Assembly (NCBI GenBank): GCA_021613535.1
Contig: CP075494.1
Coordinates: 2,170,001 to 2,234,000 of the forward strand
DNA: 64,000 nt
Direction: 5' to 3'
From: Adineta vaga
Taxonomy: Eukaryota; Animalia; Rotifera
Shown: positions 40,901 through 53,754 of the stretch, piece by piece
Numbering within the stretch: the stretch's first letter is position 1
Layout: each line of letters starts with the position of its first letter
Translations under genes and position numbers: made by a program
Notes under the pieces: model-generated
What the model saw: only the letters and a program-made list of their open reading frames with translations
Databases searched by the model: none
Told to the model about the DNA's origin: nothing

Positions 40901-43112
40901 AGTGATGCATACTGGAAGTAGATTTTCTGAACTCGTATCAATCGATCTAATAGACTCAGCTTATATAGAAAAAAATATTTTTTTTCTTAACATTTCACTA
41001 TTTCTAGCATAAAGAATGGCACGAGAAAAAAATAAGACAAAGATCGTGTAAGAAATTAGTCTATATTCAGAATCGGAAGACCGAACAAGATTCAGTGTAA
41101 AACAGTTGTAGCTTTGTTGTGGAGTGAACTTGATTACAGACGCAGCAGTCGAACTTCTTCACTTACGCCATTGACAATCTATCTTTTAGCGATAAGTAGA
41201 TCTCCATGAAATATGAAACATCTGAAAAGGATTTTCATCCTCACAACTTTATTTTTGGGATATCAGAGTTTTCAACGATTTCTGCCTATGGAATCCAAGA
41301 TTTCCGGTCGAGTCTTATTCGACTTGTTTTACAACATATATGAATGTTTTGAAGACCCGTATTACCTTCGATATTCGTGAAAAACGTTGATGGTTTAAAA
41401 AATTCGTATACAGATAATTAATTGGAAACTCCATACCTCGGGAATAAAGGCGCGCGAGCACAAATTATTTTCAGGTTTTTCATACTTCATCGAGGTCTAC
41501 TTATTATCAAAAGATGGAGTCTAAGCCATTTAATCACCTAAGTATCTTCCGTAATTAGTATAATTCTGTTCTTGGTATAAGAACAACCAATATTGTGCTC
41601 CTCTCGTCAGCACAGTATCTCATTCGGTTCTAGACAGAGTTGCGAAAGGTCTAATAGTTCGGTGTGCGGGATCTGCGGCCCACGCGGTCTGGTAGCCCAG
41701 GGAATTTAGAGTGCATCGAGACTCGATTTCCAGTCTCATGAACAGTCTGTTTAGTCTGTAGATGATAATAGGCAGATTTATGGATATTCAACCGCTTTTT
41801 GGAAGAAGTGCTTTTTATCGAGTTTTACTTGCTGATTCAATGGAAGTACGACAGAAAGTATCTTTGGCCGAAAACACTTTTTTTTACAACAAACGTGTAG
41901 TAGTAGTGTTCGATAAGTCTTGTATCTTGGCTGTAATACATGGAAACAAAATCATTGTGAGATTAAGCTAGTCTAGTGATTCTGTTCCAGTATTTTAGAT
42001 AGAAATCAGAATCTTTTTCCGCTAAAGATACTTTCTATCGTTCTTCTATCGAATGAGCGCATAAAACTCGATAAAAAACACTTCCTCCGAGAACTAGTTG
42101 AATACCTATAGATTTACCCGGTATAATTATGAAGAACGCCTATATATATATATATATGAGTGATAATCGCGGCCATTGTACCGTTCGGTCCCGGACAGAA
42201 AAATACTTATAAGTCGAGTTCTACTTAATCGATTTTAATAATTTTTTTTTCTTTTACTAGCCCAGAGATAGTCGATCACTTTTGAAAAAATCAGATTTCC
42301 ATCTGCTTTTGTTTTTCGAGGAATCATAACAGTAACGTCAAATATCAGGCTTCCGACGCTATATGACGAAAGAAAAATTCATTTTTCCAAATTTCATTGC
42401 TGTTTTTTTAAATCATGTTTTCTGCTTAAGTTGTAGAATTCCTCAAGAGCTTTCAGGATGTCTTTAGTTTTAGCTTTGGTCAAGATTTTATTGATGAAAA
42501 ACTATGAATAATAAGTGTTCACACACTTCCGTTTTCTTTGTAGAGCCACATTAAAATCAATGTCATTTCGTTCAGAGAAGTTTTATATAAACAGATTTGA
42601 TTGATTATTGAAGAGAAAAGAAAGGGAAATTATCTGACACGTAACAAAAGTTTGTTTCATGAACATTTTTAATGCAAAAATATTACGCAAAAGTCGAAAA
42701 AATGACGGTCTCACTCTGTATGTAAACTAGATTTTTAGCTGGTTATGTTGTATATCTCCATCATATTACAGGGAAGTGTAGGGAAAATACCATTTACATG
42801 CACATTCGACATAGCTCTATCAGAAAAACACTTAATTTTTTTCGATTTTTTCGTCGAACGGTACAATGGCCGCGATTATCACTCATATACACCTACAACA
42901 TTTCAACAGAGTAACTGTCGTATTTTGTTCTGATTGATTTTATATGTCGACGATATTTTTATCTTTCGAAAAAATAATACTTCTTTCTGTATTTATAGGG
43001 TAAATTTCATACCAAAGGATAGAAACTATTAAAACTTACTTGTCCCTTTTGCTGTTTGATCAAACATGACTAGCACGTATAACCATCTCTTTAAGATAGC
43101 GAAAGCCACCAT
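34933..43112 (-). CDS. Multidomain receptor: N-terminal hydrophobic leader, NHL propeller, 3 repeated beta-rich domains, 7TM GPCR
   Basis: Phase-1 exons 43112-43040, 40874-39990, 39202-38816, 37543-37157, 36817-36446, 36094-34933 join in frame; ACVAVER 7TM motif. The first exon is less certain. Confidence 0.75.
41765..42125. repeat. Degenerate foldback palindrome in intron
   Basis: tttttatcgagtttta / taaaactcgataaaaa and agaaagtatcttt / aaagatactttct are paired around ~41965. Confidence 0.65.
42157..42885. mobile_element. Non-autonomous DNA transposon (MITE), ~31-bp perfect TIR, TA target
   Basis: tgagtgataatcgcggccattgtaccgttcg ... cgaacggtacaatggccgcgattatcactca, flanked by TA. Confidence 0.9.
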
Positions 43113-43483
43113 TCGGTAAAAATACACTACTTTTTTGTTTTATATTGGTTAGTAGGGCTCTTGTATCCAAAACAACGAGAACGATACTCTTTTGCCTAAC
43201 TCGTTTACTATTGAATCAGATAAAGTGAGAATAACGAGCATTTGTCATTTTTTTTTATCTATTTCTATTTTCTTTCTCTTTCTCTTTCTTCAACAGATGA
43301 ATGTGGTTGAACGAGCAGATAAAGATGACGGAATATAAAAAAATGTCTCAGTGTGATAAAACTACATTTTAAAGAAGAATTGACTGTACCTGACAATTGA
43401 AGCAAATACAATGATCATGCGTTTATGTTTTCTCCAATTACAAACTATAATAAGTGAATATTTTTAATTTGTCATACACAGAG

Positions 43484-43559
43484 TTTAGGAGTGGGTGTGG
43501 GTGAACGCGAAGAATAGAGAATTAACCGACTCCCACAGCCGCATCTGCACCCACAAGAT
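43484..43559. repeat. Palindromic element
   Basis: ggagtgggtgtgggtg..cccacagccgcatctgcacccacaagat. Confidence 0.8.
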
Positions 43560-43662
43560 GGTACTGAGACTATCATTGTACTTCGTTGTCTTTAACATAT
43601 GTACAACAGTATAGTTTAATCTTGTGATTTCATTCATTTGATAATCATATAGATTATTTGCC

Positions 43663-43732
43663 ATGTGAGGGGCCCCTTTAGCAAGAACGAAATCTAGATC
43701 ATGGCTACTTGTCACACCCACACCCTCAAGAT
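43663..43732. repeat. Palindromic element (right arm intact)
   Basis: atgtgagggg..cacacccacaccctcaagat. Confidence 0.8.
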
Positions 43733-43888
43733 TTATACTAAATCAACTAACGAAGTGTGGAAAATGATTATTATTTGAATGATGTAAGCTGTTGTAAGCG
43801 AATATTTTTTTTATTGGTTAAACATAAATATATACTGCGAAGCAAACAAATAAGGATACTTGTTCATTACAATGTTATGAAAAAAAGA

Positions 43889-46800
43889 TTAAGATGTCAA
43901 ATGGAATCGTTTCATAGTTTTAGCAATTATTGCGTCAAATTTACTTTTATAAACTGTTGATGGTAAGACAAATACAAAAAATGTTAACATTGTTGGTATA
44001 AATGATACAAAATACCCAATTAAATGTAACCAAGGTTCACGTGCTGATCTCATACATCCACTTGTAAATGAAATGATTAGACGAGGTAAACTTACTAGTA
44101 TTAACATACATGGTGCAATAAAAATATGTTTATGTTGTTGAAATTGTAATTTTAAACCTTGTTTAAATGTTTGTTTTGATTCTACTTTAAAACGTCTATG
44201 AGCAACTACTAGAATAAGTAGTAAAGCAGAAATTAAATTGATTACAAAAGGAACAAGAAAATGAAAAAGAATGATAAATGAATTGTAAATTGTCAATGAA
44301 CGTGAATAGTCAGAGAAACACCATATTCGCTTTTGATTTCCATCTAAATCATCAATCAATCGACGATGAAATGGATCATGAATATGTGTAAGTGTAGTTA
44401 AAATAAATACAACAAAAATCATTATTTTAGCTCCAGTCTTACTTTTGTTTTTATTAAAACTTACACCTTTAATGACACTAATTGATCGTTCAATAGCGAC
44501 ACATGCATTAAGCCATTCACTTGATGCTAAAAAAACTTTGAGAATTATTTCAAGTGAAATACAACCAACAAACAGCATCGATCGATTGGTTATTAATGAC
44601 ATTTGTGAAAGAAGAAGGTGACAAAATTTGATTGTTAATACAATGATCAGACATATAGAACTAATCGATGATGCTAAAAGATAATAACCACAACCAACTT
44701 CTCTTGATGTTTTCATATGAAATGTTACTATACATAATGATCCAGAACTTAATCCTGAAAGTAACATAACTGTAATGATAGCAATGCTTAATTTGACAAT
44801 AAATGGTTGTTGATTGAGTGAAACATTTGGTTTGATATGATATCCAAGAATAGGATCAAGTGAAAACATGAAACCTTTTGTTGAAAGTTCACATCGAGCG
44901 CCATAATAACAATCTTCACAGTTACATATAAATGTGGTTGGACAAATTTCATTATTCTGAAAACATTGACCACCATGTTGACAAAAGTCTTTTTCTTGAC
45001 ATTCATGTTTTAACATATGATCAAATTCGAAACAATTGGAAAAACGATCAGAATCACATATACACATATTATATTCATCATAAAAACACATTAATTGTAA
45101 ATGTTGCCGACATAACAATGGATAATATTTCAAACGGCGTAGATATTCATAATGACGGATGGTGTCGTTCAGAAGATGAAGGACAAAAATACAACGTTGT
45201 TTTGATAGCACTTGAGCATGAATATGTTCTGATGAAATAAATTTTTCTCGTATTATAGTTAAATAATAATCATCCTTAGGTATCTCAACGAAGAGGATAT
45301 GAAATGGTTGTGACGCATAAATAGTGATCGAATTCTGATTAAAAGCAACCTTCTTAAGTATCGTTGTTCGTTCATGTTGTGCTAATCTTTCATGTGCTAT
45401 TATGTAATGGATGAAGAGTGATGAACTGATTGCTAATATTGTCTCATCTATATGAATATCGATTTGGTTACTTTTGAACTGACATCTGTCACCTGAATAT
45501 CCTTCTTTACAGAAACAGATAAATGAGTATAAATCGATGCGATCATCGGTTGGTATGCATATGCCATCGTACTGACATGGATTGTTTGTTGGTTGACATA
45601 ACGTTCGCTTCAAATAACAGCGTGAACCGAATTTGTTCAAAGGACATACACAGATAGATGGAGCAAGACAGAGTGAATCATTTGAACATTGACATTCATG
45701 TGTGATGTTACAGAATGAACCAGAATAACCTTGATCACATTGACAAAAATATAAAGACTTTCTATTTGTGTATTCCATACATCGGCCATGTTCTCCACAA
45801 GGAAGAGAACATGGATTATTTTGTGGTGTCTTTGGAATCATTAATAGAGTAGAGATTCGATTGACAGGTAGAAATTGAAATGGAATTGGTATATACCAAC
45901 TGGTCCAATACTCTAATGTTATTTTATCAAATAGATCGATGTGAATTGAATAATTAGTTGATGAATGTTTGGGACGATGTGGATAAAGTAGATAGATGTT
46001 ATGTTTTGTGGTACAGTGACGAGCAGGAATGTATATTATTTGTTCATAATTGGGTGCAATTGTTCCTTGTTCATCAATGAGTATAATGATCAATTTGAAA
46101 ATAACTGTAGTAGAAATAATACTTTGCATTTTAAGCTGAAGAGTCAAACTAATACGTTGATTTTGCCATTGACATTGAGAACCAAAATAATTCGGTGGAC
46201 AAAGACATCTTTTTGATTGATTAGCACCGAATAAAACGACAACGCCTTGATGACAGTACCAATGTAGTGCTATATCTATCTCAGGTATGATTTTCTTTTT
46301 GTCTTGATTTATTTTGGTTATAGATTGAATCGAAGGAATAGTAGATGATATTGGTGGAAAATATCCAAGTCGAGTAGTGATTACAAAGTCGATATAGTTA
46401 GTAACAAAAGCCGTCGATTCGTAGTCGATGGTGCACAAATATGCGTTACTGTTATCCAGTTGTGAAACTTCCATAGTGTTAGAAATAAAAGGAGGATATT
46501 GGTCACCTCTAAGACATTCTTTATCCTGTTCATCAACTGTTTCTAAATGATGATTACAAATACTGTTTCCACTGGTACATTTAGATCTATTAAATGAGTA
46601 GTAATCTTTGCTGATGTAATTTGTTTCATTGTTAAAGTAGACTTCTGAAATATATTCAGCTTCCGTACAATTATCTATTCGTTTATAGAACATATAAGTT
46701 AGCGGTAAGCAGTAAGTCAAAGTCGAAGCTTTGTTTGTGCATTGAAATTCATTGAACGAACAATTTGTATTCGGACAATTGAGTTCATCGATGCCATTCA

Positions 46801-48944
46801 GACAATCCCATATTCCATTACAATGTAAATACGGATTATTACATGGCCACAATTCACAGTTAGTTTCATCGTTTTCATTTCCATCATTCAGCGAAGACAC
46901 ATGAAGTACCATGCCATCGCATAAAGCTGCAAACGGTACTGACTTGTTGAAGGCAAATCTGTTCATTAAACGTTCATTTCCTGTCTTGGGACAATTTCGA
47001 TTTCCATACTTTAATGCTACAGGCAGCAAGCACTTGGTTTCATAGGATATGCATTTAAGTCGGTTTGAATCGTTCAACTGACATGCAGGAAATAACTCAT
47101 CTTCGTCATAATCACAATCTGTGAATCCATCACCGACCCGATGATATGAAATACATTTTAAAGAAATATTACAATGAAAATAGGATGAGTTTTCACACGA
47201 CACTTCAATACCGGTCGTCGAGCATTGACGGTTGATGCGCGCAAAAAGTGTATTCATAAAATGAAAATGTTGTTTCTCAACATTTTCTGTAAGATTAGAA
47301 ATATGGCAACATGTCAATCCGTCAATTATGTTGATGCGATCGATAGTCGATGCTAATGAAGGACATTTTTGTGCATCAAAACATACAAAATCAGGAGCAA
47401 CATTCCTCTTAAATTCGTCGACCGATCGATTAGTCATATAAATAAATTGAAAATAATCGTACATAATAGGTTTTGCAGGTAAAGTTAGCCATTCATCCGG
47501 ACAATGATTGGCTAAGAATTCACAGTTTCTAGACCAGTTACCTTCGAAATATATATCAGGACCAGGCTTGTCATCATTCAAAGTATAACCTAAAATATTA
47601 TAAATTACAAAACAAAAAAGTATAATAATACGAAATTGAAAATAAAACGGTCGTTCAAATATCGTAGATAAATGTCAAAGAAAATAGAAGTTATATGGTA
47701 TTATGGGTGTGGGTATTCTAATCATACATTACATCCACGCCAACCCACACTCTACAATCGTTTTCTTTTAATTTTCTCATGGTTTCCTGTTGAAACGCCG
47801 TTGATTCACTGACATTTGTTTTTCGTGTGTTGCTTAAGACACCATTTTCACTAAAATACTGATAAGGAACAGAAGGTGTCATTTAAGTTTTCTCAGTATA
47901 GTGAAACCTAGTTATATAAAACTATAACTATACTCACCGTAACTTCGATTGGAGACAGTTAACGTTCTTAATATGATCGAACGACGTGTACATAGCTAAA
48001 ATCACTTGTTTGTCTCGCTCGTTTGCACAAGCAGCTGAATGCGCTGGCATACTACTCTGACTAAAGAATTCACCGTTTCCACATGAAAAAGCAAGCGGAT
48101 ACCGACTAGTACGCTCTTGACATCGAAACGAGAGAGATTCATCACAAGCTGAATTTGATAAAGGATTATATCGGAATTCTTCGGCTTTCTCGTCACTGCC
48201 ATCGAGACAATCTACGCCAAGGTTGCCATCTCTTGCAAATATTAGTGGAATACACTGGCCACCATAATGACAACGGTACTCATCATCATCAGCACATTTA
48301 GTCATCTCCAATATGTCACACCATTGTTCATCTTCTCCACTGATACAGTCAGCTTTACCATCACATACTTCACGCCAATCAAGACATAAAGCCCATGGTC
48401 CACGGTCGCATTCAAATAAGAAACGATAACATGTAATAGTACTCATGTTAAGCGGGATGTGTAAACGATTAGACATAGTCGCTGTAACGATTTCACTGAA
48501 TGACAGAGAGAAATTGTAAACAAAATGGTACTGACATTTTGAGCCAAACCATGATGATGAACAGTTATAGAAAACTTCTGAGCTACTATTATTCATTTCA
48601 TACCGTTCAGCAACATCAATAGTAGCTGACCAATTGAGAAGATGTTCACTAGTCACGCCTTGTTTGCTCAGTTCTTTGAAAGTGATATTTTGTGCTATGT
48701 TTTCTTGTGATATATCAGATTTCTCATCTTGTTCTTCGTCGTCATCATCGGGTCGTCGGCAATAAGGAGTCAACTGATCATTAGAAAAAATGGGTAGGTA
48801 TTCACCTCTTTCGTTTTCAATGGTTTGAGCATACAGACAATCGAATGTCAAATACGAAGCATGACGAATATCAGAATAATATAGTGAATATCGGACATCC
48901 ACAACGGTACATGAAGCAAAAAGTATTATTAAACGTATAATCAT
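43889..48944 (-). CDS. LDLa-repeat plus EGF plus 7TM GPCR (possibly disrupted or chimeric)
   Basis: Exon 48944-47938 (signal peptide, LDLa CLDWREVCDGKADC) and exon 47589-43889 (LDLa, EGF, ACVAIER 7TM); splice phases do not match directly. Confidence 0.75.
47700..47758. repeat. Palindromic element inside an apparent intron
   Basis: attatgggtgtgggta..catccacgccaacccacactc. Confidence 0.78.
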
Positions 48945-49193
48945 CACTGTTAGGTGATTTTATGTTAAAGTCGATAGTTACTAATGCTTTTATATTCCTA
49001 GATTTAGATAAACTCGTGACATTTTCTCATTGGCGGAAGCATAAAATGAATAAATATACAATAAGTTTTGTATTCCGTTTCCTGCAAGCACACAACAGAT
49101 GTTGTTCCTGTTTCAACAAAAGAATATATCATAAATTACGAATTTAAATGAAGAATTAACGGTTTCACACTCAGTTACTAACCGGATAGTTTG

Positions 49194-49221
49194 TATCTTC
49201 TTCATCCACACCCATCCTCGA
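49194..49221. repeat. Palindromic element, spacer plus right arm
   Basis: tatcttcttcatccacacccatcctcga. Confidence 0.65.
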
Positions 49222-49889
49222 AACAGGCGAACGTTTAAGAATGATATTGAAGTGCATTTTAATTTCGTACCAGTTGTTTTAATCAAAAGTATACTATCTG
49301 AAAGTCCACGTAAAGTTACATGTACCTACAAATTTGAACTAAAAAAGTACAAAAGTATTAAGTATTTTGCACAATACTTTGTCTCTGCAATATACTAATT
49401 AATTTTTATTGTGAGTAAGAAAACAGACGAGAAAGACACTTAATATATTTATCTATTTAAAAGCTATATGTTATGTTTATTTCAGAAGTATTTTAAGTTC
49501 GAAGATTTATCTAGATGCCCATAGGCATACTCTATGTTATTTGAAATATTCATGTAAATTAAAATTTTTGATCGACGTCTGTTCTATTCATATCCTCATA
49601 TTCGTACAACTATATAAGAGCTTTACAAGTACATTTTCTTCTCATCATTCACTCAATCTTTTAATTTTTTTTACAAATCTCAAGAAATACCACCTGCGAT
49701 TTTACTTAAGAGTGTATAGCATACTTACATACATTGAGTGATAAGAAGGAATCTATTGAGATTATTTTCATTTTTTATATATCGTGAAATGAGACTTTTT
49801 TCAATCCTATCAATGTGTCAAATTTCCTTTCGATTATTTCGATTTTTCCTTTTCATCATCACTATAGTTACACTATAGAAATTATAGCA

Positions 49890-50832
49890 ATGTCAACATC
49901 ATCCTTATTAATAACTACACAAAATGAATTCAGTCGTTATGCCTCGTTGTTGATCATAATTGGTGGTATGTTTGGAAATCTCTGCATCCTCATTTTATTT
50001 AGTACACGTTGGAAAACTTCCTGTTCATTATGCTTATTAATTGCTGCACTTTTCAATAGTCTTAATATTGCTTTGAATGTCTGGTCAAAATTTACTCGTA
50101 CATTTAATCCAGATCCAGCAAATGTCAATATATATTTTTGCAAAATACAATTTTATTCCAGTCATGGATGGAGTCAAATTGGAAGATATTTGGTTTGTCT
50201 GTCATGTATTGATCGTTATTTATTGGTGAAAAATCATTCTCACTATAAAATTCTCGGTCAACCTATAGTTATACGAAGTATTATTGGATTTATTGTTGTC
50301 TTTTGGCATGTAACAAGTATTCATGCAATTCATTTTAACAACAATTGAAAATGGAATATGTGGTCAATTTGGAATTTATAAACTTATATATTTTGTTTAC
50401 TTTTTAATTACTGTTTCTCTTATTCCATCACTACTACTGGTCGTTTTTGGCAGTTTAACTCATTATAATGTGAATAAATTACGTGTACGTGTTCGACCAA
50501 CAAGTGATAAAATTACACATAATAATGATAATTTAATTATACAACGTAGAGATCGAGCATTACTGAAAATGGTTCTGGTTGAAAGTGCTGTTTATGTATT
50601 CACAACTATTCTATATCCATTAATAAGTTTAGAAATTCAAATAACTAATTATATGAATATTAAAAAGACTTCTCGACATGTTCAAGTTGAAAACTTTCTT
50701 TTTAATATTGGAATGATGCTTCTTTATTTTAACAACGCTGCTCCTTTTTATACATATTTAGTTGCATCAAAAACATTTCGTAAAGATGCAAAAGAATTGT
50801 TTATTAAATTATGGCATCGATTATTCAGATGA
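49890..50832 (+). pseudogene. Frameshifted 7TM GPCR
   Basis: SCIDRY in the first ORF; NAAPFYTYLVASKTFR in the second; frameshift near 50330. Confidence 0.8.
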
Positions 50833-51870
50833 ATCATTTCCTTTTGATGTTGTTAATCTCGTTTTCTATATTAATAAATGATTTTCAATTGAGAATAGAG
50901 GCGTCTTCGTAGAAATACAAAAACATCTTTTAGTACTGTATTTATACTTATTTTTCATGATCTGAAATAGTAAAAATTGCCTTCGTCATTGAAGTTAAAC
51001 GTTAAGTATAAAGAGAATAACATATGGCATTATGGGTGGTACTTTAAATTTCTTCACAACCATCGAAGACTTTTCCTACTACGCAACTATGGCTCAATAA
51101 AAGCTCATTGGTTCAGCTAAAAGATAGTTCATCAAATATTTCACAAAGAATTTATTTTTCATAGTGGTGTTACATTTACTCCTTCGCTTGAAAATTACTT
51201 TTCGGTAGTTACGTAATTCGAAAGTAAGGTAAATGTGCCACTCCTAAATCTGATCGATAGAAATAACTATAGGTTTCTAATGGATGGTTATAGAAAACTT
51301 TATTGTATAGATTTGTTAGTAATATTATTGAACTAAAACAAGCTAGATATCTCTAGATACTGCCAACGACATGGATTTTAATCATTCATATAAGATATAT
51401 TAACAAAGATTTAATGATATAGATAAAAATAAAACAAATTAATCTAAAGTTATTTTTAATTGCTTTTTTATTAATTGTAAAAATGATAATTTCTCGTTTA
51501 ATGTAAATAAGTAATGGAGACCTGTATAGAAAAAAATGTTTCTTTTTAGGAAATTAATATTTGAATGGACCTGTCATAAATTCTGTTGCGTTTATATTCA
51601 GTTCGGTTCGGTTCGGTTTTCAAAAAACAGGAACCTATCCCATCTCTAGATCCTATATGAAGTCATAGTTTATTTGATCCATTCTAGCAGACAACCAGAA
51701 ATTAGACTATAGAAAAAGGATTTGATTTTATCGATCAGAAAATGCGATGAGAATGGTTCACTTTCCGTTAGAAAAGTGATGTATATGTTTGTCCTTAAAA
51801 TAAATGAAAATATCGATTGACGACGCTTTTATTTTTTTAAAATAAGAACATTTAGCTGGTATCCATCCAT

Positions 51871-51941
51871 GGAGTGAGTGTAAATGTAGCTCGAATTGTA
51901 GTGTTAAGATATTCTCATTGTTTTCACCCTCATCCTCAAGA
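51871..51941. repeat. Palindromic element, degraded
   Basis: ggagtgagtgt..caccctcatcctcaaga. Confidence 0.55.
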
Positions 51942-52186
51942 GTATTTAAGATGTAAAGATATTCTAATCTGTTGAGCATAGAATTAGATAATAATTTATT
52001 GTCTTCATTATACCAAAATGTCGCTAATTTAGTGAGATTACTGAATTAGATCATGTCGAATAAGTACACAAGTGAGAAAACTACGATATAATGTTCTCGA
52101 TTAAAATCAAACTTTATTTAAAAATCATGACAACTTAGTCTCATGTCATACAATAGTTCTTTAGAATGGTAACAAATATTTTTATT

Positions 52187-52738
52187 TTAAGCACAAATTA
52201 CTTCTGAATAACCACCAGGACAGCTTTTGCATAAACAGTTGTTGACGAATGTACCATCGTAATCAGTAAAAGGGGCACAAACACCAGACCCACAGTTCTT
52301 ATAGCCTGTAGAAATATAAGATGTAAAATACATAAATGACTTTCTGTTAATCATTTGATGAAGAAGACGTTCAATGGAAGCTTTCGAAATGTATCAAATC
52401 TTTTGTTTTGATAGCTGATTTTTCGTAACTCTTGGCAATTCTAAGTGATTCAATTTTGTGCACTGTCTCTTTCATTCTATGTTTAGAAGAAAACTGTCTG
52501 GGGTGTAACAAGTCGAGGAGAAGAAGTAAAATAATAAAAATTAGTATTTTTCCTTACCAACACATTTGCCGTAACAGTTGTTACTGTTACATGTTCGACA
52601 TTGATCTTGAACAACTAAAAGACGAATGATACAGCAACACTCATAAATCGAAACGGTCTAATACATACCAATAACAAAGCTAAATATCTATTTTATTTAG
52701 ATCTATAGATGTTGCAATCATTATTGGTAGTATTTCAT
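52187..52738 (-). pseudogene. Small secreted Cys-rich peptide gene (10 Cys), first exon disrupted
   Basis: Exons 52614-52558 and 52305-52187 splice to VQDQCRTCNSNNCYGKCVGYKNCGSGVCAPFTDYDGTFVNNCLCKSCPGGYSEVICA; signal exon 52738-52669 has stops. Confidence 0.7.
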
Positions 52739-53549
52739 ATTATTTAGTTGTAATTCGTAGACAAAATTACTTGATATAATATAAAATTCCATATACAGTC
52801 GTATTTTTGTATCGATTGATATGAAATATTATTTCGACTGTTGCATTGTATTTTTGAGTTATTTCAATAAAATGCTTATTGATAATCGGACTAGCTTCAG
52901 TGATAGTCTTGAAATAGTACTGTATGTCATCACATGGTTTGTACACGTAACGCGACACGTCGCTGAGTAAGTTTTGAACAACACTTTTTTCGATATCAGT
53001 ATACTCTAATATAGTCTGATCGATTCAGTTTTTAACGCTGATTACGAATCGGACATTTATTATTTTTTATATAAAAAAGAATCAAGTTTTAAACTTCTCA
53101 AAAACTGTATTTTGAACGTTCTAAGCAGAAAACGTTAAATACAAAATATGTCAGTAAACATACCATTCGATAGAGAATTTCATTGTCTACAAAAGGAGAT
53201 ATTTAGTTTGCAGGTTTCGAGATACAGACAACTTTGGTGTCCTGTAGACTTTCTAATTTGCTGCTCTGAATGCAAACGTCTGGAAGAGTGAACCAGTCTC
53301 ATTCTTAGACAGAATGCTCAAGAATATCGAGGGGACTAACCTTTTTAAAAAAAATCAAAACATTCCCAATATGCTAAGTGCCTTAAAAACAAGCAACAAG
53401 AAACTATGTCACAACGTTACGCTTAGAGAAACCGTTGTATGAAAAACAATATTAATTTTGCTTTGAAGGTATATGGTTCGAAACCTCATCTGTCTTGATT
53501 CATGTTTGAGTTCTTCAGTTGAATAATAACATTTCGGGCAAAAATAAAA

Positions 53550-53605
53550 ATCTTGAGGATGCAGATGTGCGCGAAAAAGATATACCCACACTCACCATCT
53601 GAAGA
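53550..53605. repeat. Palindromic element
   Basis: atcttgaggatgcagatgtg..agatatacccacactcacc. Confidence 0.8.
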
Positions 53606-53754
53606 GGTGGTGGTTCCACCACCTAACATCATTCAATATGTTGCTGCGTATGCTGGGTACACGTTAGTGATAAAAGAAAAAACTCGTATGCGCATTCTGG
53701 CATAGAATAATATTTACTCCATAAACAACATTTTTTCCTAGAAACATCTATTGT

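Noticed and set aside
52930-53390. Possible DNA transposon remnant
   Set aside because: No paired TIRs or TSD identifiable
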